64,000 nucleotides of DNA. Source: the human T2T-CHM13v2.0 reference genome, Homo sapiens. Position 1 is the stretch's first letter. Each line of letters opens with the position of its first letter. The position numbers were made by a program, and so were the translations under genes. Location: the NCBI RefSeq assembly GCF_009914755.1, contig NC_060929.1; one strand, written 5' to 3'. The notes under the pieces were generated by a model. It saw nothing but the letters and a program-made list of their open reading frames with translations. It was not told where the DNA came from and made no database searches. This document shows, piece by piece, positions 11,347-26,499 of the stretch.

Positions 11347-13467
11347 AGAAGCAATGGACTAAAACTATACCCTAGAACAAATGGACTTAACAGATATTTG
11401 TAAAACATTCTTCTTATCAGCACATGGAACATTCTCCAAGTTATACCATATGGTAGGCCACAAAACAAGTTTCAATAAATTTAAGAAAACCAGCATCCAA
11501 TTGAGTATCTTCTCAGACCACAGTGGAATAAAACTGTAAATCAACTCCAAAAGGAACCCCCAAAACTATACAAATATATGGAAATTAAATAATCTGCTCT
11601 TGAGTGATTTTTGGGTTAGCAATGAATTCAATGTGGAAATTAAAAAATTATTTGAAATTAGTAATAGTAGTGACACAACTTATCAAAACCTCTGGGATAC
11701 AGCAAAAGCAGTTCTAAGAGAAAGGTTCATAGCATTGAATGCCTACATCAAGAAGTCTGAAAGGCACAAATAAACAATCTAAGGTTGCACCTCAAGGAAC
11801 TAGAGAAACAGGAGAAAACTGAACCCAAACACAGCAGAAGAAAAGAAATAACAAAGGTCAGAGCAGAACTAAATGAAATTGAAACAAACAAACAAAATAC
11901 AAAAGATAAATGAAATAAAAAGCTGGTTCTTTGAAACAATAAACAAAATTGATAGACTGTTAGTGAGATTAACCAAGAAAAGAAGAGAGAATATTGAAAT
12001 AACTTCAAATAGAAATGAAATGGGAGATATTACAACTGGTACCACAGAAATACAGAGGATCATTCAAGACTACTATGAACACATACACACATTCAAACTA
12101 GAAAATCTAGAGGAGATGGATAAATTCCTGAAAATATACCACTCTCCTAGATTAAATCAGGAAAAAATAGAAACCCCGAACAGACCAATCAATAACAAGC
12201 AGAGAGATTAAATCATTAATTTAAAAATTTCCAACAAAAAAAATCCAGAACCAGATGGATTAACAGCTGCATTCTATTAGGCATTCAAAGAAGAATTGGT
12301 ACCAATCCTACTGAAACTATTCCAAAAGGTAAAGAAAGAATTCTCCCGAAATCATTCTATGAAGCCAGTATCACCCTAACACCAAAACCAGGAAAAGATA
12401 TATCAGAAAAAGAAAACTACAGAACAATATTCCTGATAAACATTCATGCAAAAATCCTCAACAAAATACTAGCTAACTGAATTCATCAATATATCAAAAA
12501 GATAATCCACCATGATGAGGTGGGTTTTATACCAGAAATGCAGGGATGGTTTAACATACACTAGTCAATAAATGTGATGCATTACATAAACAGAATTAAA
12601 AACAAAAATCATATGATCATCACAATAGACACAGAAAAAGCATTTGATAAAATCCAGCATCCCTTTATCATAAAAACCCTTTGTGATAGAAAGGACATAC
12701 CACAAAGTAATAAAAGCCATGTATGATAAACCCACAGCCAACATCATACTGAATAGGGAAAAATTGAAAGCATTGCCGCTGAGAACTGGAACAAGACAAG
12801 GTTGAATAGGTATTCAACACAGTACTGGTAGCTCTAGCTAGAGCAATCAGACAAGAGAAAGAAATAAAGGGCATCCAAATTGGAAAAGAGGAAGTCAAAC
12901 TGTTGCTGTTTGCTGATGATATGATTGTATACCTAGAAAACCCTTAAGATTCATCCAAAGAGCCCCTAAATCTGATAAATGAATTCAGGAAAGTCTCAGG
13001 ATACAAAATCAATGTATACAAATCAGTAGCACTGCTATACACCAACAGTGACCAAGCTGAGAATCAAATAAAGAACTAAATCCCTTTTACAACAGCTACA
13101 AACAAACAAACAAACAAACACCACCACCAACAAAAAACCCTTAGGAATATACTTAACCAAGGAGGTGAAAGATCTCTAAAAGGAAAACTACAAAACACTA
13201 CTGAGAGAAATCATAGATGATGCAAACAAATGGAAACATCCTGTGCTCATGGATGGGTAGAATCAATATTGTGAAAATGACCATACTACTCAAAGAAATC
13301 TACAGATTCAACTCAATTCTCATCTAAATGCCATCATCATTCTTCACAGAACTAGAAAAAACAATCCTAAAATTCATTTGGAACCAAAAAACCTGCATAG
13401 CCAAAGCAATACTAAGTAAAAAGAACAAATCTGGAGGCATCACATCACCTGACTTCAAATTATACTA

Positions 13468-13872
<405 letters not shown>

Positions 13873-14078
13873 TCAATGGAGCAGAATAGAGAATCCAGAA
13901 ATAAAGCCAAACACAGCCAACTGATCTTCAACAAAGCATACGAAAAACAAAAACACAAACTGGGGAAAGAACACCCTATTCAATAAATGGTGCTGGGAAA
14001 TCTGCCAAGCCATATGTAGAAGAATAAAACTGGAACCTCATCTCTCATCTTATACAAAATTCAACTCAAGATGGATCA

Positions 14079-14309
<231 letters not shown>

Positions 14310-15608
14310 TTAAATCTAAGACCTGAAACCATAAAAATTCTAGAAGATAACATCAGAAAAACTGTTCTAGATATTGGCTTAGGCTAAGAATTCATGACTA
14401 AAACCCCAAAAGCAAATGCAATGAAAACCGAAATAAATAAATGGGTCCTAATTAAACTAAAAAGCTTCTGCACGGCAAAAGAAATAATCAGCAGAGTAAA
14501 CAGACCACCCATAGCATGGAAAAAAATTTTCCTTTGCATCTGACAAAGGACTAATATTCAGAATCACAAGGAATTCAAACAAATTAGCAAGAAAAAAAAC
14601 AAATAATTGCATCAAAAAGTGGGCAAGAGACATGAATAGCCAATTCTCAAAAGAAAATATACAAACAGCCACCAAACATATGAAAAAATGCTCAACATCA
14701 CTAATTATCAGGGAACTGCAAATTAAAACCACAATGAGATACCACCTTACTCATGCAAGAATGGCCATAATTAAAAAGTCAAAAAATAATAGATGTTGGA
14801 GTGGACGTGGTGAAAAGGGAACACCTTTACACTGCTGGTGGGAATGTAAATAGTACAACCACTATGGAAAACAGTATGGAGCTTCCTTAAAAAACTAAAA
14901 GTAGAACTACCATTTGATCCAGATATCCTGCTACTGGGTATCTACCTAAAGGAAAATAAGTCATTGTATGAAAAAGACACATGCACATGCATGTTTATAG
15001 CAGCACAATTTGCAATTGCAAGGATATAAAACCAACCTATGTGCCCATCAACCAACGAGTGGATAAAGAACATGTGGTACATATGTACCATGGAATATTA
15101 TTCAGTCATAAAAAGGAATAAAATAATCTCTTTTGCAGAAACATGGATGGAGCTGGAAGCCATTATTCTAAGTAGGGTAACTTGGGAATGGAAAATCAAA
15201 TATTGTATGTTCTCACTTATAAGTGTGAGCTAAGCTATAAGGATGCAAAGGCGTAAGAATGATGTAATGGACTTTGGGGATTCAGGGGGTAAGATTAGGA
15301 GAGGGGTGTGGGATAAAAGACTACATATTGGGTACAGTGTACACTGCTTGCGTGATGGATGCACCAAAATCTCATAAATCATCACTAAAGAACTTATCCA
15401 TGTAAGCAAAAACAACCCATACTCCCAGAACTATTGAAATAAATGACAACAAATGATTCTGCCAATCTGTATCTTCTATGTGGAGTATTATTTAATCCAT
15501 TTACACTCAAAGTTAGTCTTGATATGGGAAGTTTTTTCTGTTATATTGTGAATTGTTTTCAAGTTGTTTTATAAATTATTTCTCCTATTTCTGTTTTTGA
15601 CTTTATGA

Positions 15609-15949
<341 letters not shown>

Positions 15950-15950
15950 G

Positions 15951-16242
15951 GTTTTTTTTTGTTTTGTTTTTTTTTTGAGATAGGGTCTCATGCTGTCACC
16001 CAGGCTGGAGTGCAGTTGTATGATCATGGCTCACTATAGCCTCAACCTCCCAGGCTCAAGCCATCCTTCCACCTCAGCCTCCCAAGTAGCTGGGACTACA
16101 GGTGTGTGTCACTATGCCAGGCTAATTTTTTTATTTTTTGTCATGTTGCCTGAGCTGGTCTCAAACTTCTGAGCTCAAGTGATTCACCCACCTTGGCCTC
16201 CCAAAGTGCTGAAATTACATGAGTGCACTACTGTGCCTAGCC
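15951..16242 (-). mobile_element. AluJ (adjacent to previous Alu)
   Basis: Antisense dimer with J-type diagnostics (gatcatggctcactatagcctc, ggctcaag). Confidence 0.88.
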
Positions 16243-18689
16243 TAATTCCTTTCACTTCCTCCTTTGTGTGATTGTTTTTATAAGATCTATGAGTTTTATA
16301 TTTCCATGTGTTTTCATGATGGTGAATATTGACCTTTCATTTTTATGTTTAAGACCCCTTTCAACATTTTGTGTAGGACCAGTCTAGTGGTGACAAATTT
16401 CCTTAGCATTTGCTTGTCTGCAGAAGACTTTATTTTTCCTTAATTTATGAAGCTTATTCTGGCAGGATGTAAAATTCTTGACTAATAGGTGTTTTTATTT
16501 TTTCCCCAGCACTTTGAAAATACCATCTCATTCTCTTCTAGCCTGTAAAGATTTTACTGAAAAGTCTATTGTTAGTCTGATGTGATTCCCTTTTATAGGT
16601 AATTAGCCACTTTTCTCTCACTAATTTTAAAATTCTTTCTTTCACTTTCACTTTAGATATTCTGAATATAATACACTGAGGTAAAGTTCTTTTTTCAAAG
16701 GGGATTTGCCTGGGGATTGCTGAGTCTTCTGTATCTGGATGTGTGACTCTCTTGCTCAACTTGGGAAGTTCTCATCAATTACTTCCTTAAATAGGTTTTC
16801 TAAACTTTTTTTTTAAATCTCTCTTCTCTCTTTGGAATAGAGATAATTCATAACTTTGGGTCACTTTATGTAGCCCCACTCTCTCAGAGGCTTTGCTCAT
16901 TCTTTTTTATTCTTTTTCCTTACTTTTGCCTGACTGGATTATTTCAAAAGACATGTCTTTAAGTTCTGAGAGTCTTTCTTCTTTCTTCTGCTTGGTTTAT
17001 GGTACTGTTGGAGCTTTCTAATGCACTTTGTATTTCTCTCAGTAAATTTTTTATTTTCAGAATTTTTAAAAAATGATATCTGTCTCCTTGGTAAATTTTT
17101 CATTCATATACTCAATTGATTTTCTGATTTCTTTGCATTCATTTTCAGATTTCTCTTGCATCTCATAGAACTTCTTTAAAATTAATATTTTGAGTTTTTA
17201 TCTGGCTTTTCAAGGAATCCTTTTTGATTGGGATCTATGACTACAATTGTTGTGGTCCTTACTTTTTCATGTTTCCTGTGTCCTTCCACTAATATCTGAA
17301 TATCTGTTGTAGTAGTTGCCTGTTCCAATTTTTTTGAAATTGCTTTTGCAGGGGAGGATTTTTTTTCTGCAGATGTATATATGTTGGTGGTTGAGTAGGA
17401 TACTTTGGCTTTGATTTTAGATGCCTGTGGTGGTTTGATCTTTGTTTGACTTCTTGGCAGGAAAAAGGGTCAATAGTACCTGTGATTTTCTCAGTATCTT
17501 AGAGTACAGTTATTAGTTGAGGTTGTGGTAATGTTTTGCTGGGGACCTGGACACCAACTGAGTCAGTCTTTGGGCCCCAGTGGTGGCAGCAGTTGTCTGA
17601 GTGTGCTTGTTTTTAAACCCCAGAGCAGCTTACCTTGGCTCTTGTGTTAGTGGGCCCTGGAGGGTTGATTCTTTGGCCTCCACGTGGCTTGTTTAGAAGT
17701 TAGTAGTGGGAACAGTGGGCTGGGTGTGTAAGCAGGTTCTCAGACCCCTGGGCAGCTTGTGTGGTGTGCTTTATGGCAGTAGCAGTGGTGGAGCAACCAA
17801 CCCACTTAGACCCAGTTAGTCCATGTTGGTGTTGCTGGTGGCTGCCATGGATTGGTTGAAATAGTTCTCAGTCCCCCAGCTGCCTGTAGCAGGGTAGTGG
17901 GTATTGTCCTAAGTATGCTTAGGAGAGCTTGGTCCATCTTGTTCCTCTTCTGGCTGGGTGGCAGCTGCAGCTGTGTCACCTTCAACTTGGCCTGAGGGCA
18001 GGCACAGCCCAGCATTAAACTCTCAAATTGATGCCTTGGCCTTGAGACTAGAGAGGGTGGGGCCCCTCCCAGGCAAGCAGCATGAACAAGAAGCTGTGGC
18101 GGGTGCAGTCTGTTCATGTCTCAATCTCAACAGCAGGCTGCACAGAGTGGTAGGCATTTTCTCATGGGGTACGTGGGAGTGCCTGATCTCGCCTCTCCCT
18201 CCTTGAAGAAGTGCAACAGCAGCAGCCATGTCTGTAGATCTGTGGTATCTAGCTTCTCAAAATGGTGTCCAGCTGAAGCTGCTCTAGGCTTGGATGTCTG
18301 TGGAACTCTGTGTGTGTTCCCTTCCTGGCGCAATGCCTCTGTGCAATCTCTAGGCAGCTCTCTATGTCAGGCCTGAGGCCCTGATGGGTTGGAGGATTCT
18401 CCCATAGCCAAGATTGTAATAGTCTGTTTTGGAGTGTGAAGCCCTGGGGGTTACTCTCTTACTGTTTCCCCACATCCAGGAGCCTCTCCCAGCTCTCAGC
18501 TAGTCCCTTGCCTGGCAAGCTGCCTTGAACCCTCTCCTCACTTACTTCTGGTGATTCCCATCACTTCTCTGGTGAATCCTAGTATTCTCTCCTAGATGAT
18601 CTGTTTGAAATGTGAGTATCTACTTTACTATCCTGGTTCTGCTCTATGGACAAAGACCTATGTCTAGTCAGTCGTCTTGATCACACTAC

Positions 18690-19840
18690 CCTCATTGTTT
18701 TTGTTTGCATTTCCCAGATGATATATGATATGAAGCATCTTTTCATATGCTTATTTGCCATTTGTATGTTTTCTTATTTGCGATCTGTATATCTTGTGTC
18801 TGTTGAGGGCTTCAGCCCATTTTGTAGTTGGGTTGTTTCCTTATTTTTGAGTTTTAAGGGTTATTTTAATATTTTAGATAACAGTCCTTTATCAAATATG
18901 ACCTTTGCAGGTATATTCTCCCAGTTTGTGGATTGTCTTTGAATTCTCTTGACAGAGCTTTTGCAGAACAGAAAAGTTTAATTTTAATAAAGTCCATCTT
19001 ATCAATTCTTCATTTCATGGATTGTGTCTTTGGTGTTATATCTAAAAAGTCATCACCAAACGCTAGATCATCTAGATTTTATTCTATGTTATGATCTAGG
19101 AGTTTTATAGGTTCACATTTTATATTTAGGTCTGTGAATTAGTTTTTGTGAAAACTGTAAGGTCTGTGTCTAGTTGATGTTCAGTTATTCTAATATCATT
19201 TGTTAAAAAGACATTCTTCACCTTTGCTCCTTTGTCAAACATTAGTTGATCTATATTTATGTGGCTCTATTTCTTGCTCCCTAGTCTGTTTCATTGATCT
19301 ATTCTTTCACCAATACCACACTGTCTTAATTACTGTAGCTTTATATTAAGTTATGAAGTTGGGTAGTGTCAGTCCTCCAACTTTGTTCTTCTCATTCAAT
19401 GTTGTGTTGGATATTCTGGGTCTTTTGCCTCTCCGTGTAAATCTTAGAATCCAATTGCCAATATCCACAAAATAACTTGCTGTGGTTTTGATTGGGGTTA
19501 TACTGAATCTATAGATCAAGTTGGGAAGAACTCACATCTTGACAATAGTGAGTATTCCCATCCATGAACACAGAATATCTCTCCACTTACTTAGTTCTTT
19601 TTTTATTTCTTTCATCAGAGTTTTGTGGTTTTCCTCATCTAGATCTTGTACAAATACTTATACCTAAGTATTTCATTCATTGGATGATAATGTGAATAAT
19701 GTATTAGGTTTTTAATTTCAAATTTTTCTTGTTCATTGGTGGTAGATAAGAAAGCAATTGACTTTTGTACAAGATTAACCTTGTATCCTGAAACTTTGCT
19801 ATAACTGGTCATCCTGAGTTTTATTCTTTTGCCTACTTTA
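18690..19840 (-). mobile_element. Third, older L1 (L1MB/MC/MD-type) ORF2 3' segment
   Basis: Antisense ORF2 C-terminal homology (catcttttcatatgcttatttgccatttgtatg; SKVSGYKVN..QKSIAFL). Confidence 0.8.
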
Positions 19841-19849
19841 TTTCTTGAC

Positions 19850-21440
19850 AAGAGGATTTTTTTTTTTCTCGCTGCTTTGTGTGTCTTGTTATTTTTAATG
19901 GAATGCTGAACATTATGGGTAAAATAACATTAGAAACTAAGTTAAATAGTGACTAATGTCCAGAATGGGCATATCTCTTCTTCTGTCAAACTTTTAGTAT
20001 GGGGAGTTGGGTCAGTTGACTCAGTTCTTGAGCTGAGTTTCTTTTATTGTTGTTGCTATTATTACATTTAGTGCACTACAATTGTTTAGTATAAATTCTG
20101 AAGTCCTGTAGAGTTTTTCTCTTGTCGTTTGCCCCATCCTCAACTTTCACCATGCCTTTTTTCCTCTTTTGCCCTCTTCCACTGAAAGATTGTCACTGCT
20201 TATTACTCAGTGCAAAGCTTATGGTACTCAGTACAAGGCTTATGGTAGACATTTTTTGAATCTCTTGCTCCAGCTTCATTCTTAGGCAGACCTTGTGCAC
20301 CTAAGCCTCAGGAGTTGGGCTTTCTCCGTATTCCTCCTCCTTCTAGTTGCAGGTAGCCTTGGCACCTACTCAGTTCAGGATTGAGTGCAGTGCATTTACT
20401 GACTGTTATAGGCTGAATTGTGTCACTCTCCACTCCCCTAATTCGTATGTTGAGGTCTCAACCCCCAGTACCTCAGAATATGACTGTGTTTGGATATATG
20501 GTCTTTAAAGAGGTGATTAAGTTAAAATGAGGCCATTAGTGTTTGGGCCCCAATTCAATATGACTAGTATCCTTATAAGAAGAGATTGGGACACAGACAT
20601 GCACAGAGGGACAACCATTTGAAGTCGCAGCAGGAGGGCAGCCATTTGTGAGCCAAGGAGGGAGGCTTCAGAGGAAAGCAACCCTACTAGGACCTTGATC
20701 TTGGACTTCAAGCATTCAGGACTGTGAGAAAATAAATTCCAGTTGTTTATGCCGCCCAGTCTGTGGTATTTTGTAATGGCAGCCCAGAAAACTAATATAA
20801 TAACTTTTTCTCCTGTGGCAGATGAACTCTACCTTGTATCAGTGGGGGATATTGGGTATGAGTGAATTTCCAGTCTCTCCCCTGGCAGCTTTTGCTTAGT
20901 GTCAAAACAGAGGCACAAGTAAGTTTCTTCTTACCCTTCCCCGGCCAGTAGGCAGCTTTCATTCCATATCAGAGAAGACTCTGGGGTGTGAGTGGGTTTC
21001 ATGCTTATCCTCTAGGCTAATTATTACCTTGTACTCATAGAGCGCCCAGAAATGAATGAGCTTCTCTGGATACTCCTGCTATTTTCTCAAACCTTGGCAG
21101 GCTCAGAACTCCCACACCACTGAGGAGGGTCTCTCAGGTCTTCTACCTGTCCCCAGTGTTTCTCATGAGTACCCAATTAAGGCTCATGGAGAAGAACTAT
21201 GAAGTGGGTGTGGTCTTCTTTCATGTCTGTGTCTCCCAGGGATTCAACACTTCATGCCAGCAGACATTTAACCTTTAAGAATTCATGAATGTTTCAGTTT
21301 TTTCTTTTTACCTGCCTTTATAGCTTCCACCTCTTTTTCTCATGCTCTGCCAAAATTAAAATTATTCATGAGTCCCTCAGTTCAACTAGTTCTCTAATGA
21401 CCTCATCACTCTGATAAGATTTTTTTTTAAAATCACTTTT
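19850..21440 (-). mobile_element. Highly diverged sequence, probably an ancient L1M 5' region
   Basis: T-rich antisense L1-like character next to L1 segments; subfamily not resolvable by eye. Confidence 0.4.
20404..20799 (+). mobile_element. MLT1B-like MaLR solo LTR
   Basis: tgttataggctgaattgtgtc...ggtctttaaagaggtgattaagttaaaatgagg...ctgtgagaaaataaa...aactaatata. Confidence 0.85.
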
Positions 21441-21447
21441 TAGATTA

Positions 21448-22250
21448 CAGTTAATTCTTGAACAGTGTGGGTTTGAACTGCACAGGGGCACTTAGACATG
21501 GATTTTCTCCTGCCTCCATCACCCCTGAGACAAGCAAGACCAATGCCTCCTCTTCCTCCTTCTCAGCCTACTTGTATTAGCCCATTTTCGTACTGCTATG
21601 AAGAAATATCCAAGACTGGATGATTTATGAAGAAAAAGAGGTTTAATGGACTCACAGTTCCACGTGGCTGGAGAGAGCTTACAATCATGGTGGAAGGTGA
21701 AGGAGGAGCAAAGCCATGTTGTACATGGAGGCAGGCAAGAGAGTGTGTGCAGGGGAACTTCCCTTTATAAAGCCATCGGATCTCGTGAGACTTATTCGCT
21801 ATCACGAGAAGAGCATTGGAAAAACCCACCCCCATGATTCAATTACCTCCTATCAGGTCACTCCTACAACATATGGGGATTATGGGAATTACAATTCAAG
21901 ATGAGATTTGGGTGGGGACACAACCAAACCATATCACTACTCAATATGAAGATGATGAAGATAAAGACCTTTATGATGATCCACTTCCACTTAATAAATA
22001 GTAAATATGTTTCTCTTTTTATGATTTTCTTAATAACATTTTTTTCTCTAGCTACTTTATTGTAAGAATACAGTATATAATACATATAATACAGAAAATA
22101 TCTGTTAATTGGCTATACTATTCATAAGGCTTCCAGTCAATAGAAGGCTGTTATTAGTTAAGTTCTGGCTGAGTCAAAAGTGATACATAAATTTTCAACT
22201 GCATGGTGGGGTCAACATTACTAACCCCCTCACCCTTCATGGGTGAACTG
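21448..22250 (+). mobile_element. Tigger2a (MER28) DNA transposon, split by THE1
   Basis: Terminal inverted repeats cagttaattcttgaa / ttcatgggtgaactg flanked by TA; internal gaagatgatgaagataaagacctttatgatgatccacttcc. Confidence 0.88.
21573..21936 (-). mobile_element. THE1 (THE1D-like) solo LTR
   Basis: tgtattag...ccaaaccatatca with perfect 5-bp TSD ctact. Confidence 0.9.
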
Positions 22251-22302
22251 TATTTTTATATCTATATCTAATCTATATATCTATATATCTCTCTATATAT
22301 AT
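22251..22302. repeat. (TA/TATC)n low-complexity tract
   Basis: tatatctatatctaatctatatatctatatatctctctatatatat. Confidence 0.7.
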
Positions 22303-22551
22303 TTAGTTTGGGTGGCCTCAGCTTCCTTTTTTTTTTCTTTGTATATTCTAAGTGGATGCTTGAAGTCATTTCATTTATTGACATTGTCAGAATCAAAATG
22401 TGGTGATATGAAATCAGTCAGGGCCAAAGTTGTTGTACTCAGAAACGTAGTATAAATCATGCAAACACTATATAAAGCACATTTCAAATGAATCAGGTAT
22501 TTAAAACTTGCTATGGTATTCTCCCATCAAAACTTTTAGTGACTGTTTTAA

Positions 22552-22928
<377 letters not shown>

Positions 22929-23160
22929 ACTTTTGTATTTTTAAATCCAATATTAAAGTAAACTTTATCTGGAATTCTAACTGTAATTATCTCCCACTAA
23001 TATGAGAACAATCTCTTTAGGACTGGAAACCACGAAGTCAATTGAATTGAATGCACCACAACCCAGTGAGTTAAATCTTTGTGGAAAGATTCCAGAAATG
23101 CCTCTAAAGTTGCATCTATAAGCTTAATGATCTTATGTCTGTGTCTCCATGGATGCCAAG

Positions 23161-23576
23161 TGATATGATTTGGATCTCTATCCCCACCCAAATCTCATGT
23201 TCAGTTGTAATCCGCCATGTCAGAGGCAGGGCCTGGTGGGAGGTGATTGGATCATAGAGGTGGAACCTTAATGAATGGTTTAGCACCATTCATCTCTTTG
23301 GTGCTGTTCTTATGATAGAGTTCTCATGAGATCTGGTTGTTTAAAAGCATGTGGCACCTCCCTGCTCTCTCTCTTCCTCCTGCTCCTGCCATGTGAAGTG
23401 CCAGCTCTCCCTTTGCCTTACACCATGATTGTAAGTTCCCTGGGGCCTCCCTAGAAGCTGATGCCACAATGCTTCCTGTACAGCCTGCAGAACTGTAAGC
23501 CAATTAAACCCCTTTTCTTTACCAATTACCCAGTCTCAGGCATTTCTTTGTAGCAATGTGAGAATGAACTAATACA
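23161..23576 (+). mobile_element. MSTA-like MaLR solo LTR
   Basis: tgatatgatttgg...gaactaataca, TSD ccaag/tcaag. Confidence 0.9.
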
Positions 23577-23839
23577 TCAAGTAATGTGGCAATACTGGTT
23601 AAATGTCCTGGGAATGATGAGAGAGCAGAAGTGGTAGTGATTCACAAGATAGATACCACATGGAAGGGCCTGAAAGCCAAACTGAGAGGTTTGGACATGA
23701 ACGGTTCTTATTGATTGACGGATTGATTGATTTCCTATTAAGGGAATAACATGATACAGAGAAACGTGTTATAAGGAAACTACTATTGAGATCTCAAATC
23801 CATGTGACTTGGATTTTAGTCCTGATTTTACTGATACAA

Positions 23840-24210
23840 AGCACAGTGAGGTGAAAAGAGCTAACTCTAGGTCCAGACAAGACTGAGTATAAATCTTTGG
23901 TTCTGCCAATTAAGATTTTGTGACTTTGAGTTATATAAGCCTTAAGAGCTGTAACTTACTTATTAGCTAAATGACATAATTGTACCTACCTTGCAGCACT
24001 CTGGAGAGAACATAAGATCATATATTTCCATAGTGCTTGGAATTCATCATTAGAACTCCATAAATAATTGACATTGGGATGATTCCAATTGTAAAAATCA
24101 TCCTCTCTGAGCCTCATTTTCCTTGTGTGTAAAATGGGATGGTAACACATTTCATTGAGCCATTGATCAGATTAAAAGACATGATGTATTATATGAAAAA
24201 CTTCCTAGAA
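23840..24210 (+). mobile_element. MIR fragments
   Basis: Core-like tgtgactttgag.. and ctctctgagcctcattttccttgtgtgtaaaatgggat. Confidence 0.6.
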
Positions 24211-24329
24211 TGCAAAATCAAATGTTATTTTTTCTTCTTACAAAAGTTGTTATTCAAGGATTATTAGCAGCCACCATTAATTAGGCACTTCATTATACTG
24301 TTTTACTTACCTCATACTCACCCGATTAT

Positions 24330-24815
24330 TGAAGCAGGGATTCCTGCCCTAGGATTATAGGGATGGCCGACACTTGACACTTGACACTGAACAGATGAGA
24401 TTGACAGCAGCTTGTCAGTCACACATACTGCACTCACATCCAGGGAAGGAGGACACCACGTGGTAGGTAGCACTTATGCTTTGGAGCAGAGTAAACTAGC
24501 AGGGATTGTATGTAGAAGGCAGGCTTTGTAGTATCACAAGGCTGTGGTGCTCCTTGGTTCCTGTGGGAGGATGTGATTGGCTCGTTTGAATAATTTTGTG
24601 GACTGACACAGAATGAAAACCCGCTACTAAGAGATAAGCAGGCACCACACCTGGTCCCTTTGAAAAGAAGGCTTCTTTGGCAGGGAGTCCTTATCTGCTA
24701 TAGCAGCGTAGGGAGGGGAACTTGTGGTTATGCCATTTGAGGTCCTCCCAGCTTCTCCCAGATGTCAAGGCAACATATAACATTGGGGTTTTAAATTTAG
24801 GTCTTCTGTCACACA
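24330..24815 (-). mobile_element. MER74A-like ERVL LTR
   Basis: Reverse strand cctaaatttaaaaccccaatgttatatgttgccttgacatctggg..ggacctcaaatggcataaccacaagttcccctccc. Confidence 0.7.
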
Positions 24816-24868
24816 TATTCCAAGAAATTTATAAGTCTTTAAAATCTTCATTAGCCCTCCAAGGTAGA

Positions 24869-25203
24869 TGCTGTGGTCTGAACGTTTATGTCTCCCTAAA
24901 ATTCATATGTTGAATTCCTAACCCCCAAGGTGAGAGTGTTGGGAGGTGGAGCCTTTTAGTCTCCTGGCTGGGCTTAGTGGCCTGATAACATAGACTCCAG
25001 AGAGCTGGCTTATTCCTTCCACTATGTGAGGACACAGCAAGAAGCCGCTGTCTGTGGGGAAACAGAGGCTTACTAGACATGGAATCTGTCAGAGCCTTGA
25101 TCTTGTACTTCCCAGACTCTAGAACTGTAAATAATACATTTCTGCTATTTATAAACCACCCGGTATATAGTAATTTGTTATAGTAGCAGGGACAAATGAA
25201 GAT
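24869..25203 (+). mobile_element. MLT1A0-like MaLR LTR
   Basis: tgctgtggtctgaacgtttatgtctccctaaaattcatatgttgaa...ccttgatcttgtacttcccagactctagaactgt. Confidence 0.82.
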
Positions 25204-25214
25204 GGTGGATATTA

Positions 25215-25315
25215 TTATTATTATTCTCCTCATTTTATAGATGAGGAAACTGAGGTGGAAAGGACAAGCCACATAGCAAGTGGCAGTGCCAAGGATGAGC
25301 TCAAGTTTGAGTTCT
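25215..25315 (-). mobile_element. MIR
   Basis: cctcattttatagatgaggaaactgagg core. Confidence 0.75.
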
Positions 25316-26104
25316 GGTGAGGTGGCTGGGATCATGCTGGAATCTGATGGCGTTATGAAGGATGATGCTGTAGCCATGTGAGACTCAAGGCAGGAGTCCC
25401 ATCAGAGCAGTCCCGGGGTGCAGGGGTGTGGCAATGAACGCCCACCAGACATCACGAGCTCAAACGTCCAGGCTCGACACAGCACATGTAAACAAATACA
25501 CATAGACAGGGAGGCAAGGCTCAGGACTGAGGACAAACTAGGGAGTGGTGGGGACCACAGTGAACCCATGGCGCATGCTCTTTCCCAGAGGCAGGTCGCT
25601 CCTCAGATCCAGCTGACTGTGCCAGATGTGAAAGCAAGATGGGCATCACAGTTCTTGTGATGTTTAGAGAAGAGCTGGAAAACTGAACTTAAATGTGAAG
25701 TAGCTATTTTAAAGGCTGGCCACAATTATAATAAAAAATATATATGATATAGGCCACATTGTGAGTATGAAGCAAACTGTGTCTGTAGGTTGGGTCTGGC
25801 TCTCAGGCTCTGAGCTTCAGGGGTGGAAATGGAGACAGAGGGACTGCCTGAGGCACTGCTGCAGCTGTGGGCCTGGAATTTAACCAGAGGTGTTTTTTGC
25901 TGGAGGGCTAAGTGGCAGACTCCAGAGCATTTTCCTTTCAGCGTGAGACCATTCATGATGTATGCCCTGGGCTTCAGGCTTCACCAGTCTGGAGGTACCT
26001 CTGTGTTCACACTGATATCAATACCTGACTTGCTTCATACTTCTTCCTGCCTCCGCTAGCCTCCACCCAGGGAAGGTGTGCTTCTCGGTAAGTCAGTTTG
26101 AGAG

Positions 26105-26340
26105 AAGCAGTGTAGTGTAGTGGTCAATAGTCTGGATTTACATCTTTGATCTTCCATTTACTACGCTTGTGACCTAGGGGGTGTTGCTTCCCCTCTCTGT
26201 TCCAATTATTTATCCATAAAATAGAAATAATAATTTGACCTCGCTTCAGGGGTGGCTGCAAGAATTATAAAAGATAATAAACATTGAGGACTTGGAAAAA
26301 ATCTCTGCATGTAATAAATGTTCTATAAATGTCAGCTGTC
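26105..26340 (+). mobile_element. MIR
   Basis: gcagtgtagtgtagtggtc...tgtgacctagg...ccataaaatagaaataataat. Confidence 0.7.
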
Positions 26341-26499
26341 ATCATTCACACTTCTTTCTTTCTTCCTGATGCATTGATTTGAAGCATCTGTCTGCTGCCT
26401 CTGATGCATCAACTTCTGGGAAAATTCACTTGGTATTGCCCAGAGCCCTCAGGATGCCAAGGCTGCATAATACATATTCATAATTTCATAATATTAATA

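Noticed and set aside
24369-24389. (gacactt)x3 micro-tandem
   Set aside because: Trivial slippage inside an old LTR.
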